Notes under the pieces: generated by a model | The model's input: the letters and a program-made list of their open reading frames with translations, nothing else | Databases searched by the model: none | What the model was told of the DNA's origin: nothing | From: Phycisphaerales bacterium | Lineage (GTDB): Bacteria; Planctomycetota; Phycisphaerae; Phycisphaerales; UBA1924 | Assembly: GCA_044369085.1 (NCBI GenBank) | Contig: JBIPMO010000001.1 | Span: forward strand, 7,889 to 71,888 | Direction: 5' to 3' | DNA length: 64,000 nucleotides | Position numbers and translations under genes: made by a program | In this document: piece by piece, positions 34,318 to 41,898 of the stretch | How positions within the stretch are numbered: the first letter of the stretch is position 1 | How the letters are laid out: each line of letters opens with the position of its first letter

Positions 34318-35136
34318 ATGCCCGAGACCCCAGCCTGTGCGACAAAGATTGCCCGCCGCGATGCCTTGACGATGCTGGGCGGTGCCGGTGTCGCCGTGCT
34401 CGCAACAGGATCGGCGCTGGCACAGGATGGCAAGCCAGCGGGCGATGCCCCGGGGGCGGGGGCGGTGGCGGGAGGTCAGGGGGCGGGGGCCCATGATTTC
34501 GTCGCCGCCATGGGGTGGGATCCGGCCAAGGGCGAGTACGCCCTGCCCAAGCTCCCCTACGCCACCAACGCCCTCGAGCCGCACATCGATGCCCAGACCA
34601 TGGAGATCCACCACGGCAAGCATCATCAGGCCTACGTGACGGGGCTCAACAAAGCCCTGGCGGAGCTGAAAAAGGCTCGCGATGCGAGCGACTTCGCGCT
34701 CGTCAAGCACTGGTCGCGCGAGCTCGCCTTCCACGGAGGGGGCCACATCAACCACTGCCTCTTCTGGATGACCATGGCCCCGGCGGGCCAGGGCGGCGGC
34801 GGAGACCCAACCGGCAAACTCGCTCAGGCCATCGTCCGCGACTTCGGCTCCGTCGAGACCTTCCGCAAGCACTTCGAGGCCGCCGCGGTGCAGGTCGAGG
34901 GGGCGGGCTGGGGATGGCTGGTCTACGACCACATCGCCAAGCGCCTGATGGTCCAGCAGATGGAGCGCCAGCAGGACCTCCTTGTCACCGCCGTCACCCC
35001 GTTGCTCGGTGTGGATGTGTGGGAGCACGCGTACTACTTGAAGTATCAGAACAAGCGAGCTGACTACGTGAAAGCCTGGTGGAACGTCGTCAACTGGAGC
35101 GCGGTCGGCACCATGTTCGAGCACAGCGCCGGTTGA
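34318..35136 (+). CDS. Fe/Mn superoxide dismutase with twin-arginine signal peptide
   Basis: AAGGAG lies before ATG 34318. The Tat motif is RRDALTMLGGAG...ALAQ. The SOD core includes PYATNALEPHIDAQTMEIHHGKHHQAYV and DVWEHAYY. Confidence 0.9.
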   Translation: MPETPACATKIARRDALTMLGGAGVAVLATGSALAQDGKPAGDAPGAGAVAGGQGAGAHDFVAAMGWDPAKGEYALPKLPYATNALEPHIDAQTMEIHHGKHHQAYVTGLNKALAELKKARDASDFALVKHWSRELAFHGGGHINHCLFWMTMAPAGQGGGGDPTGKLAQAIVRDFGSVETFRKHFEAAAVQVEGAGWGWLVYDHIAKRLMVQQMERQQDLLVTAVTPLLGVDVWEHAYYLKYQNKRADYVKAWWNVVNWSAVGTMFEHSAG

Positions 35137-35173
35137 TCCGGTCGCCCGTTCCCGAAGCCGCTGGCCATGCACT

Positions 35174-36061
35174 TCAGCCCACTGTCCGGGCAGCCACCAC
35201 CGCGCACTCGCCGAGCGCCTTCCGCAACGAGGCCGCCAGGATCGTCTGCTGCGCCTGGCTCTCGCACGCGATGAACATCGTGCTCCCGCTGCCCGTGATG
35301 TGCACCGGCAGCCCCGCGACGCGAGCAGCACGAGCCCGGATCTCAGCGAGCCCGGGCGCAACACGCTCGGCCGCGGCCGCGAGGTCATTGAACAGGAGCG
35401 ACCCATCGATCCGGCCCGAACGCGCCAGCGACCGAACCGCCTCATCCCTCAGCATGCCGGGTGAACCCGCATCAAACGCCTTGTAGACCGGCCCCGTCGG
35501 GCAGCCCATCGGCGGCAGGATCAGCACGAACCAGCCGTCCACACCCACAATCGGCGTGATCGACTCGCCCAGCCCTTCGACCAGCGCGGGCCGAGGCGGA
35601 TCAGCAAGAAAGTAAGGCACATCGCTGCCCAGCGTGAGCGCGATCGCGGCGAGCCGCGGCTCGGTCACCTCAAGCTCGAACAGCGACCGCAGCCCGCGCA
35701 GCATCGCCGCCGCATCCGATGACCCGCCCCCCAGCCCGCCGCCCGTCGGGATGCGCTTGCGGAGCGTGAGCGCTATCGGGAGCGATCGGCCAGTTTCTCT
35801 TTCCAGAGCCGCATGGGCCTTGAAACACAGGTCCTTCTCGACGGGCCAGTCGATCGCCGTCGGCCGTGGCGCATCGCTCTCCCATGAGATGTCGAACCGA
35901 CTCGGTATGCCCGGAGCCAAGGCCTCGATCCGCAGATGATCACGCAGATCGATCGGCACGAACCACGAACAAATCGGGTGGTACCCGTCGCCCGGCCTCG
36001 GCGGGCCGACAGCAAGAGCAAGGTTCAGCTTGGCGCAGGCCGCGCAGGTGAGGGTGGGCAT
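35174..36061 (-). CDS. ispE: 4-diphosphocytidyl-2-C-methyl-D-erythritol kinase
   Basis: AKLNLALAV and the GHMP motif IPTGGGLGGGSSDAAAML. ATG 36061 is chosen because the upstream part of the ORF translates repeat element D. Confidence 0.9.
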   Translation of the reverse strand: MPTLTCAACAKLNLALAVGPPRPGDGYHPICSWFVPIDLRDHLRIEALAPGIPSRFDISWESDAPRPTAIDWPVEKDLCFKAHAALERETGRSLPIALTLRKRIPTGGGLGGGSSDAAAMLRGLRSLFELEVTEPRLAAIALTLGSDVPYFLADPPRPALVEGLGESITPIVGVDGWFVLILPPMGCPTGPVYKAFDAGSPGMLRDEAVRSLARSGRIDGSLLFNDLAAAAERVAPGLAEIRARAARVAGLPVHITGSGSTMFIACESQAQQTILAASLRKALGECAVVAARTVG

Positions 36062-36082
36062 GGCGGGCGGAAGTGTACGGGC

Positions 36083-36221
36083 GGAGCAAAGCCCAAAGTC
36101 CAAAGCACAAAGTTCAAAGTTCAAAGTACACAGTTCAAAGGAAGACGTACTGCGGAGCGATGGGGGCTCACGCACGTTCTTCGACTTTGAACTTTGAACT
36201 TTGTGCTTTGAACTTTGCTCC
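36083..36221. repeat. inverted-repeat element D (CAAAGTT-unit arms)
   Basis: The left arm GGAGCAAAG...CAAAGCACAAAGTTCAAAGTTCAAAGT pairs with ACTTTGAACTTTGAACTTTGTGCTTTG...CTTTGCTCC. The core is 27 bp perfect and the loop is about 55 nt. It ends 6 nt from the GT2 stop. Confidence 0.85.
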
Positions 36222-36227
36222 CCACCC

Positions 36228-37469
36228 TCACGCCGCATCGAGCAACAGCGCTGCCGGCGCCTCCGACCCGAAGCCCCACGGCGTCAGCACCGGCAGGTGC
36301 TGCGACTGCGAGAGCCCATCGGCGGCATCGAGCATCGGGCCCGGCGACAGCGTCGCGATCAGCGTCGCCAGCGCACCCCGGCCCCCTTCGACGACCTCCA
36401 TGCCCGCCTCCTCCGCCGCCCGCCGGACGAGCGAAGGCCCCTTGGCGCTCACCGGCTCGTGCAGGGACACGCGCGTCAGGCCGCGCCGCGCCTGGCGCGT
36501 CAGCCACGAACGAGCCGCCGCCTGCCCGGAGAACCGGTCCCACAGGTCCGCCGGCATCTCCCATCTCGGTTGCGAAGAGATCACCGCCTGCAGGTCCATC
36601 AGCCCCTCATCAAACCCGTGCAGAGCGTGCTCTTTCTTGGCGATCGCGTGGTACCGCTCGATCGTCGCATCGATCTCCTCGATGCACACGCTCTCAGGCG
36701 CGTAACGCTGCGTGACGCATACGTTGTTGCGCACCAGATGCCGGATGATCGTGTTCAGGTCGCGCCCCTCCGCAACCTTGCGGTGATGCACGCGGAAGCG
36801 CCGGTCCCACGTCACGCGGTAGCCCGCGAGCATCATCCGCGCTGCCAGGTCGTACTCCTCCGCGTAGTACCCGAAGGCCGCGTCGTAGCCGCCCAGCTCG
36901 AGAAACACCGAGCGCCGGATCGCCACGCCGCAACCGATGAAGACTTCGGGCAGCCCCCCCGCTTCGCGCCGCGCCGGGGTCAGCATCCCGCTGATCGTGT
37001 CCCCGAGCATGTGCGCCCGGCCTCGCGGATCAGTCACCCCGTGGCGCTGCGATTCAGCGAACGTCGGCGGCTGAAGGAACACCTCGGCGCCGATCGCCGC
37101 CACATCATCAGGAGCCGAGGCCAGCGCCTCGAAGAACCCCGTGTCGAGCGGGGCCGAATCATCATCGAGCATCACAAGCCAGTGGCGAGGGTTCGCCCCG
37201 CGCCCCGAAGCCGACTGCGCCGCGACATTGCGGGCCGCCGCCCCCTCGTTCGTCGCCCGGAAAAGCGGCCGCACCCGCACCCCGTTGGGGAGCGCCGGCG
37301 GGACCTGCGGCACAAAGCGCGATGCGTTGTCCACCACGATCGCCTCGACACCGCCGAACAGCTCCTCGGCCGCCGAATGGTCCAGCCGACCGAGCGCTGC
37401 GAGCGTGAGCGACAGGTCTTCGGCGCGGTCGCGGGTTGGGATGATGTAGGTCAGCATGAAAGTTCTCAC
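36228..37469 (-). CDS. family 2 glycosyltransferase
   Basis: YIIPTRDRAEDL and VVDNAS motifs, plus a DDD region. Its GTG overlaps the upstream stop (GTGA); alternative start at ATG 37457. Confidence 0.8.
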   Translation of the reverse strand: MRTFMLTYIIPTRDRAEDLSLTLAALGRLDHSAAEELFGGVEAIVVDNASRFVPQVPPALPNGVRVRPLFRATNEGAAARNVAAQSASGRGANPRHWLVMLDDDSAPLDTGFFEALASAPDDVAAIGAEVFLQPPTFAESQRHGVTDPRGRAHMLGDTISGMLTPARREAGGLPEVFIGCGVAIRRSVFLELGGYDAAFGYYAEEYDLAARMMLAGYRVTWDRRFRVHHRKVAEGRDLNTIIRHLVRNNVCVTQRYAPESVCIEEIDATIERYHAIAKKEHALHGFDEGLMDLQAVISSQPRWEMPADLWDRFSGQAAARSWLTRQARRGLTRVSLHEPVSAKGPSLVRRAAEEAGMEVVEGGRGALATLIATLSPGPMLDAADGLSQSQHLPVLTPWGFGSEAPAALLLDAA

Positions 37470-39145
37470 ACGGCGATGCGAACGACCCCGGAGCCGCCCG
37501 CGGCGGGCCTAGAGCCGGACGAGGTGACAAGTCGTGAATCAGACAGCCGGCGCAGCGCCGACCGCAGGTCGCGCGAAGAGATTGGCTCGTTGCCCAGCCG
37601 ACCGGCCTCTTCCGCCGCCGCGATCGATGCGAGGTACCCCGCCAGCGCCAGCGAATCTTCGAGCGCCGGGCTGACCGTCATCGCCAGCGTCGCCGCGGCG
37701 AGCAGCGCATCCCCGCAGCCCAGGACGTCCACCGCGTGCGGCGCGAGCGCCGGGATGTGCTCGCCGCGAACACGCTGCGACCACGCATCGGGCGCATCGC
37801 TCTGCGGAAGCCGCTCGAACGCGATCAGCCCGTCGGCCCCCATGGTGACCATCGCCTGGCGCGAACCGGTCTGCTCGAGCATCCGCCAGACGACGGTGTT
37901 CAGAGAGTCGTCGTAGTCGCGCAGCGCCTCGCGCAGCTCGGCCTCGGTGGGTGTCACCAGGTCCATCCCCTGCATGTGCATCAGCGATGAACGCCGCCCG
38001 CTCACATCCCCCGCCATGAAGTCGACGTACGGCCGGATCGAGGCGCACAGCCGCGGCAGCAGCCCGCTCGTCAGAAGCCCGTTCCCGAAGTCGGCGATGA
38101 TCGCCGCCTGCTTCCCGCGCGCGGTGTCGGAAGCGAGCTCGATCAGCGCCTCCTGCCGGCCCGCATCCAGCGTGATCGGCTGGACCATGTCCAGCTTCAT
38201 CACCTTCTGCGTGCCCACGAGGAACCGCTGCTTTTCCAGCATCGGCCCGTCGGTCTCGATCGATCGGACCTCGACCCCGTCGGCTTCCAGACGGCTCCGC
38301 AACGCCGCCGCCGCCGATGTTCTCGGCAACCCGGTGACCAGCGTCGGCCGGGCGCCCATCGCCGCAAGGTGCCGCGCGATGATCGCCGCCCCGCCGTCGT
38401 ACGACCGGTTCTCGAGCGGCCGCAGCGACATCACCGGGCTCTCGCCCGCGACGTCCGGGCGATCGCAGAGCACGTAGGTGTCGATGATCGTCTCGCCCAC
38501 CACGCACACCGGCACACCCCGGAAGGCGTCGATCAGCGGCTCGACGCGCGCGGCGGTCAGGCCGTGCGTCTCGGTGAGTTGCTTCAGCCGCGCGTGGAAC
38601 GGATCGATGCGCTCTTCCAGCGACGCGATGAGCGCTGTGGAAGAGAACACCACATCGCCCGATGAGAACACCACCCGGCCACCGTGGCGCTCGACCGCGT
38701 CCTTCTCAGCAAGAAACCGCGGGTCCTGATTGTGCTCGTACTCGCGCCCCTTGATGTACACATCAGGACGCGCCTCGCCCAGCAGTTCTTCCGCCGTCGG
38801 ATCGGGGTTGATGTACACCCAGTCCACGATGTCCAGAGCCGCCAGGTTCTCAGCGCGCAGCTCCTGCGGGATCAGCGGGCGACCGGTCCCCTTGGCCATC
38901 ACCACGTCGGCCGTGATCGTCACGAGCAGGATGTCCCCCTGCCGCGCCGCGTGCTGCAGGTGACGGATGTGCCCGGGGTGCACGATGTCGAAGCACCCGT
39001 GGCACTGCACCACCGCGCGACCCTCGGCCCGGGCCTGCTCTCGGAGCGCGAGCAGGGCCTGGCGCGTCAGGATCTTCGAGCGCGTGCGATCGTGGCGGTT
39101 CATCACAGGTGTTATCGGCGCAGCCGGGGGCCGGGTAGAAGCCAA
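37466..39145 (-). CDS. hldE: bifunctional heptose-phosphate adenylyltransferase/sugar kinase, HldE-like with reversed domain order
   Basis: N-terminal cytidylyltransferase-fold domain (HGCFDIVHPGHIRHL). C-terminal PfkB kinase domain (VGETIIDTY..., DVLGCGDALLAA). Confidence 0.8.
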   Translation of the reverse strand: MASTRPPAAPITPVMNRHDRTRSKILTRQALLALREQARAEGRAVVQCHGCFDIVHPGHIRHLQHAARQGDILLVTITADVVMAKGTGRPLIPQELRAENLAALDIVDWVYINPDPTAEELLGEARPDVYIKGREYEHNQDPRFLAEKDAVERHGGRVVFSSGDVVFSSTALIASLEERIDPFHARLKQLTETHGLTAARVEPLIDAFRGVPVCVVGETIIDTYVLCDRPDVAGESPVMSLRPLENRSYDGGAAIIARHLAAMGARPTLVTGLPRTSAAAALRSRLEADGVEVRSIETDGPMLEKQRFLVGTQKVMKLDMVQPITLDAGRQEALIELASDTARGKQAAIIADFGNGLLTSGLLPRLCASIRPYVDFMAGDVSGRRSSLMHMQGMDLVTPTEAELREALRDYDDSLNTVVWRMLEQTGSRQAMVTMGADGLIAFERLPQSDAPDAWSQRVRGEHIPALAPHAVDVLGCGDALLAAATLAMTVSPALEDSLALAGYLASIAAAEEAGRLGNEPISSRDLRSALRRLSDSRLVTSSGSRPAAGGSGVVRIAV

Positions 39146-39196
39146 CAGCGCAGGATCCGCAAGCCCCCCCTGTCATGGGGCGTGCCGGCGCAAGCT

Positions 39197-40108
39197 TCAT
39201 CGCTCTGCGAGGATGATGTCCGCCAGTTCCCGCAACGCCCCGCGCCCGCCCGGGGTGTCCAGCACCAGATCGACGAACGCCCGCACCTCCGGCCGGGCAT
39301 CCGCCGGGCACGCCGAGGCACCCGCCGCTTTCATCGCGGGCAGATCGTTCACATCATCGCCCAGATACACCGCGTTCCGTGGAGCGACCCCCAGTCGCTT
39401 GCACAGCGCGATCAGCCGCCTGCCTTTGGGCCCGGCCCCGGCATCGACGGCGTGAACCCCGAGCATCACGGCCCGGCGCTCGATCGAGGTCCCGCTGCTC
39501 GTGGCGCTCAGCCAGGCGACCTTGATCCCCGCCTCGATCAGGTGGCGCGTTCCCAACCCGTCATGGGTGTTGAAGGTGCGAAAGGCGTGCGCACCGTCGT
39601 CGAACCCGATCCCACCATCCGTCAGCGTCCCATCGACATCGCAGATGACCGCCCTCACTCTGAGCGGGAGCGGAAGCCGCAGGCGGGCGACCCCCTTCAG
39701 ACAAGCATGCCCCGGCGGCAAGCCCGCCGCCACCGCGCGCGCGAGCTCCAGCATCGCGTCATCCCGCACCTCGATGGACTCGATGACCGACCGCTGCATC
39801 AGCACCAGGTCAGGGCACTCGGCGGCGAAGGCACGTCGAAGGGTGGTGTCGCTCGCAAACGGCCTCAGCGGGTCGAGTCGCATGGCCCCCCGACCGTCCG
39901 GGGGCGAGGCCACGACGCTCACCCCGTGGCGTTTGAACATCGCGGCAACGGAACGCGAGCGCGTGACCGCGACAACCTGCTTGGTGCCACCCGCGGCGGC
40001 CATCACCCCGCGCAGCGGCCAGAGCGCCAGCGGCACGGAGCGCAGCGGGGCGAGCAACAACGACTCGTCCGCGCGGGCATCCACAAAGGCTCGTGGCGCG
40101 ATAGGCAC
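39197..40108 (-). CDS. KdsC-type HAD-IIIA phosphatase with degenerate nucleotidyltransferase-like N-terminal domain
   Basis: The C-terminal half carries ICDVDGTLTDG, FNTHDGLG and YLGDDVNDLPAMKAAGASACPADA. The N-terminal 150 aa has a cytidylyltransferase-like pattern without the canonical catalytic residues. Confidence 0.7.
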   Translation of the reverse strand: MPIAPRAFVDARADESLLLAPLRSVPLALWPLRGVMAAAGGTKQVVAVTRSRSVAAMFKRHGVSVVASPPDGRGAMRLDPLRPFASDTTLRRAFAAECPDLVLMQRSVIESIEVRDDAMLELARAVAAGLPPGHACLKGVARLRLPLPLRVRAVICDVDGTLTDGGIGFDDGAHAFRTFNTHDGLGTRHLIEAGIKVAWLSATSSGTSIERRAVMLGVHAVDAGAGPKGRRLIALCKRLGVAPRNAVYLGDDVNDLPAMKAAGASACPADARPEVRAFVDLVLDTPGGRGALRELADIILAER

Positions 40109-40193
40109 AACCGTGAACCTACCACGGAGTTCGGATGCCGAGGATTCCCGAGGCCGTCCAGCCTCCCCAAGTGCTCAACCAGCGTGCCTGCGC

Positions 40194-41786
40194 TTACTTC
40201 CCGGCGTTCAGGAAGCCGTGAGCCACCTGCCAGACCGGACCGGCACCCATGACCACCAGCAGGTCGCCGGGCCGGCAGACGTTCTGCAACTGCTCGACGA
40301 TCGCCTCGAACGGGTACAGGTGCATCGCCTGCACGCCCCGCCCGCGCAGGCGATCGACCAGGTCCGCCGCCGAAACCTTGGTCTTCTCCTGCTCGCTGTC
40401 GCGCACGAAGTAGATGTGGGGCACGATCACGATGTCCGCCTGGCTGAAGGCCTGGGCGAACTCTTCGAGCAGGTGGCGGGTCCGGCTGTGCTGGTGCGGC
40501 TGGAAGACACAGATCAGGCGGCCGCAGCGGTCCTCAGGCCGCTCCGCCTCGCGCAGCGCTCGGAGGGTCACATCGATCTCGGTAGGGTGGTGCCCGTAGT
40601 CGTCGTACACACGCACGCCGATCCGCCCGACCCCCGCCTGCCCGTTCAGGCGCTTCTCGCCCAGGAACTGCATCCGGCGGTCCACCCCGCGGAACGATGC
40701 CAGGCCCGCGGCCACCTGTTCGATCGGCGCCCCGAGCTCCAGCGCAATCACTGCGGCGAACGCGCTATCGATCGCGATGTGGGCCCCGGGGATCAGCATC
40801 GTCCAGGACCCGATGTGCTCGCGGCCCTTGTTCAGGCCCACGCGGCGCGAGGATGTGTCATACGTCACTTGCCAGTCCGCGGCGGGGGCAAAGCCCACCG
40901 TTTCGACCGCGCACTCGACACCGCCCGTCACTTCCCGGCGGTGCGCCCCTTCGTGGTTGATGAACAGCTTGCCCCCGATCTGCCCCGGGCCCGCCGCCGC
41001 GGGCGGCAACAGCCGGGCAAAGTCGCGGAACGACTGCACCACCGCGTCCAGAGACCCGTAGATGTCCAGGTGGTCCGCCTCGACGCTCGTGATCACCCCA
41101 AGAGTCGGGTGCAGATTGTGGAACGACCGGTTGAACTCGCACGCCTCGGCGACGAGCACCCCCGGCTTGCCCGCGTGGGGCCCGATGGGGAGGCGGTCAG
41201 AACCGAGCCGGAAGCCCGCCGACTCCCCCGGCTTGCTCGCGAGCTGCTGCGAAGTCGCCCCGACGATCACCGTCGGATCGATCCCGCACTGGATCAGGAC
41301 GTGGCCGAGCATGGCCACCGTCGTGCTCTTGCCGTGGGTCCCGGCGATGGCCACCCCGCTTCGCCCCAGCATGCACAGCCCCAGCGCCTCGGCGTAGGAG
41401 TGCGTCGGGATGCCCCGAGCCGTCGCCGCGAGCATCTCGGGGTGATTCGGCCCCACCGCCGCGGAGTGGATCACCAGGTCGCACTGCTCGGGCAGCAGGC
41501 CCAAGCTCTGGTCGTAGCAAAGCCCGTAGCCCTCGGCCGCCAGCGCATCGGTGGTGGCCGACCGCTCCTTGTCCGAACCGGTCACGATGGCTCCACGCCC
41601 GGCGAGCATCCGGGCCAGCCCGGACATCCCGCAGCCGCCGATCCCGATGAGGTACGCGTGCTTGCCGCGGACATCGAAGGAAGTTGGTCGGGCGGGGCGT
41701 GGCATGTCAGATGAGACCGGTGAGGCGGGGACGGCCACCGGGCGCACGGGGGCGACCGGGATCACGATGTCGTTCTTGAGAATCAT
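40194..41786 (-). CDS. murC: UDP-N-acetylmuramate--L-alanine ligase
   Basis: LIGIGGCGMSGLA and AIAGTHGKSTT motifs. Start uncertain (41786 or 41705); 41819 is excluded by the terminator immediately upstream. Confidence 0.9.
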   Translation of the reverse strand: MILKNDIVIPVAPVRPVAVPASPVSSDMPRPARPTSFDVRGKHAYLIGIGGCGMSGLARMLAGRGAIVTGSDKERSATTDALAAEGYGLCYDQSLGLLPEQCDLVIHSAAVGPNHPEMLAATARGIPTHSYAEALGLCMLGRSGVAIAGTHGKSTTVAMLGHVLIQCGIDPTVIVGATSQQLASKPGESAGFRLGSDRLPIGPHAGKPGVLVAEACEFNRSFHNLHPTLGVITSVEADHLDIYGSLDAVVQSFRDFARLLPPAAAGPGQIGGKLFINHEGAHRREVTGGVECAVETVGFAPAADWQVTYDTSSRRVGLNKGREHIGSWTMLIPGAHIAIDSAFAAVIALELGAPIEQVAAGLASFRGVDRRMQFLGEKRLNGQAGVGRIGVRVYDDYGHHPTEIDVTLRALREAERPEDRCGRLICVFQPHQHSRTRHLLEEFAQAFSQADIVIVPHIYFVRDSEQEKTKVSAADLVDRLRGRGVQAMHLYPFEAIVEQLQNVCRPGDLLVVMGAGPVWQVAHGFLNAGK

Positions 41787-41826
41787 CACCTTCTGAATCG
41801 GCTGGGGCGCGGGGGGCAAGTTGAAA

Positions 41827-41852
41827 AGCCCATGGAGTTTGCTCCATGGGCT
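41827..41852 (-). terminator. intrinsic terminator (11-bp perfect stem, 4-nt loop, U-tract)
   Basis: The minus strand reads AGCCCATGGAG-CAAA-CTCCATGGGCT followed by TTTTCAA, 47 nt after the stop of the dockerin-tailed gene. Confidence 0.8.
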
Positions 41853-41898
41853 CTCGGTTGGGTCAGGATTCGGTCAAATCAGATCAAAGACCGTGCGA

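Noticed and set aside
36062-36238. N-terminal extension of the ispE ORF (KHKVQSSKSK...FELCTLNFELCALDF).
   Set aside because: It is a translation of both arms of repeat element D. The conserved IspE N-terminus begins at ATG 36061.
41787-41819. murC start at 41819.
   Set aside because: The codon lies 2 nt after the U-tract of the intrinsic terminator at 41827-41852. That leaves no room for a promoter or RBS, so an internal start is more plausible.
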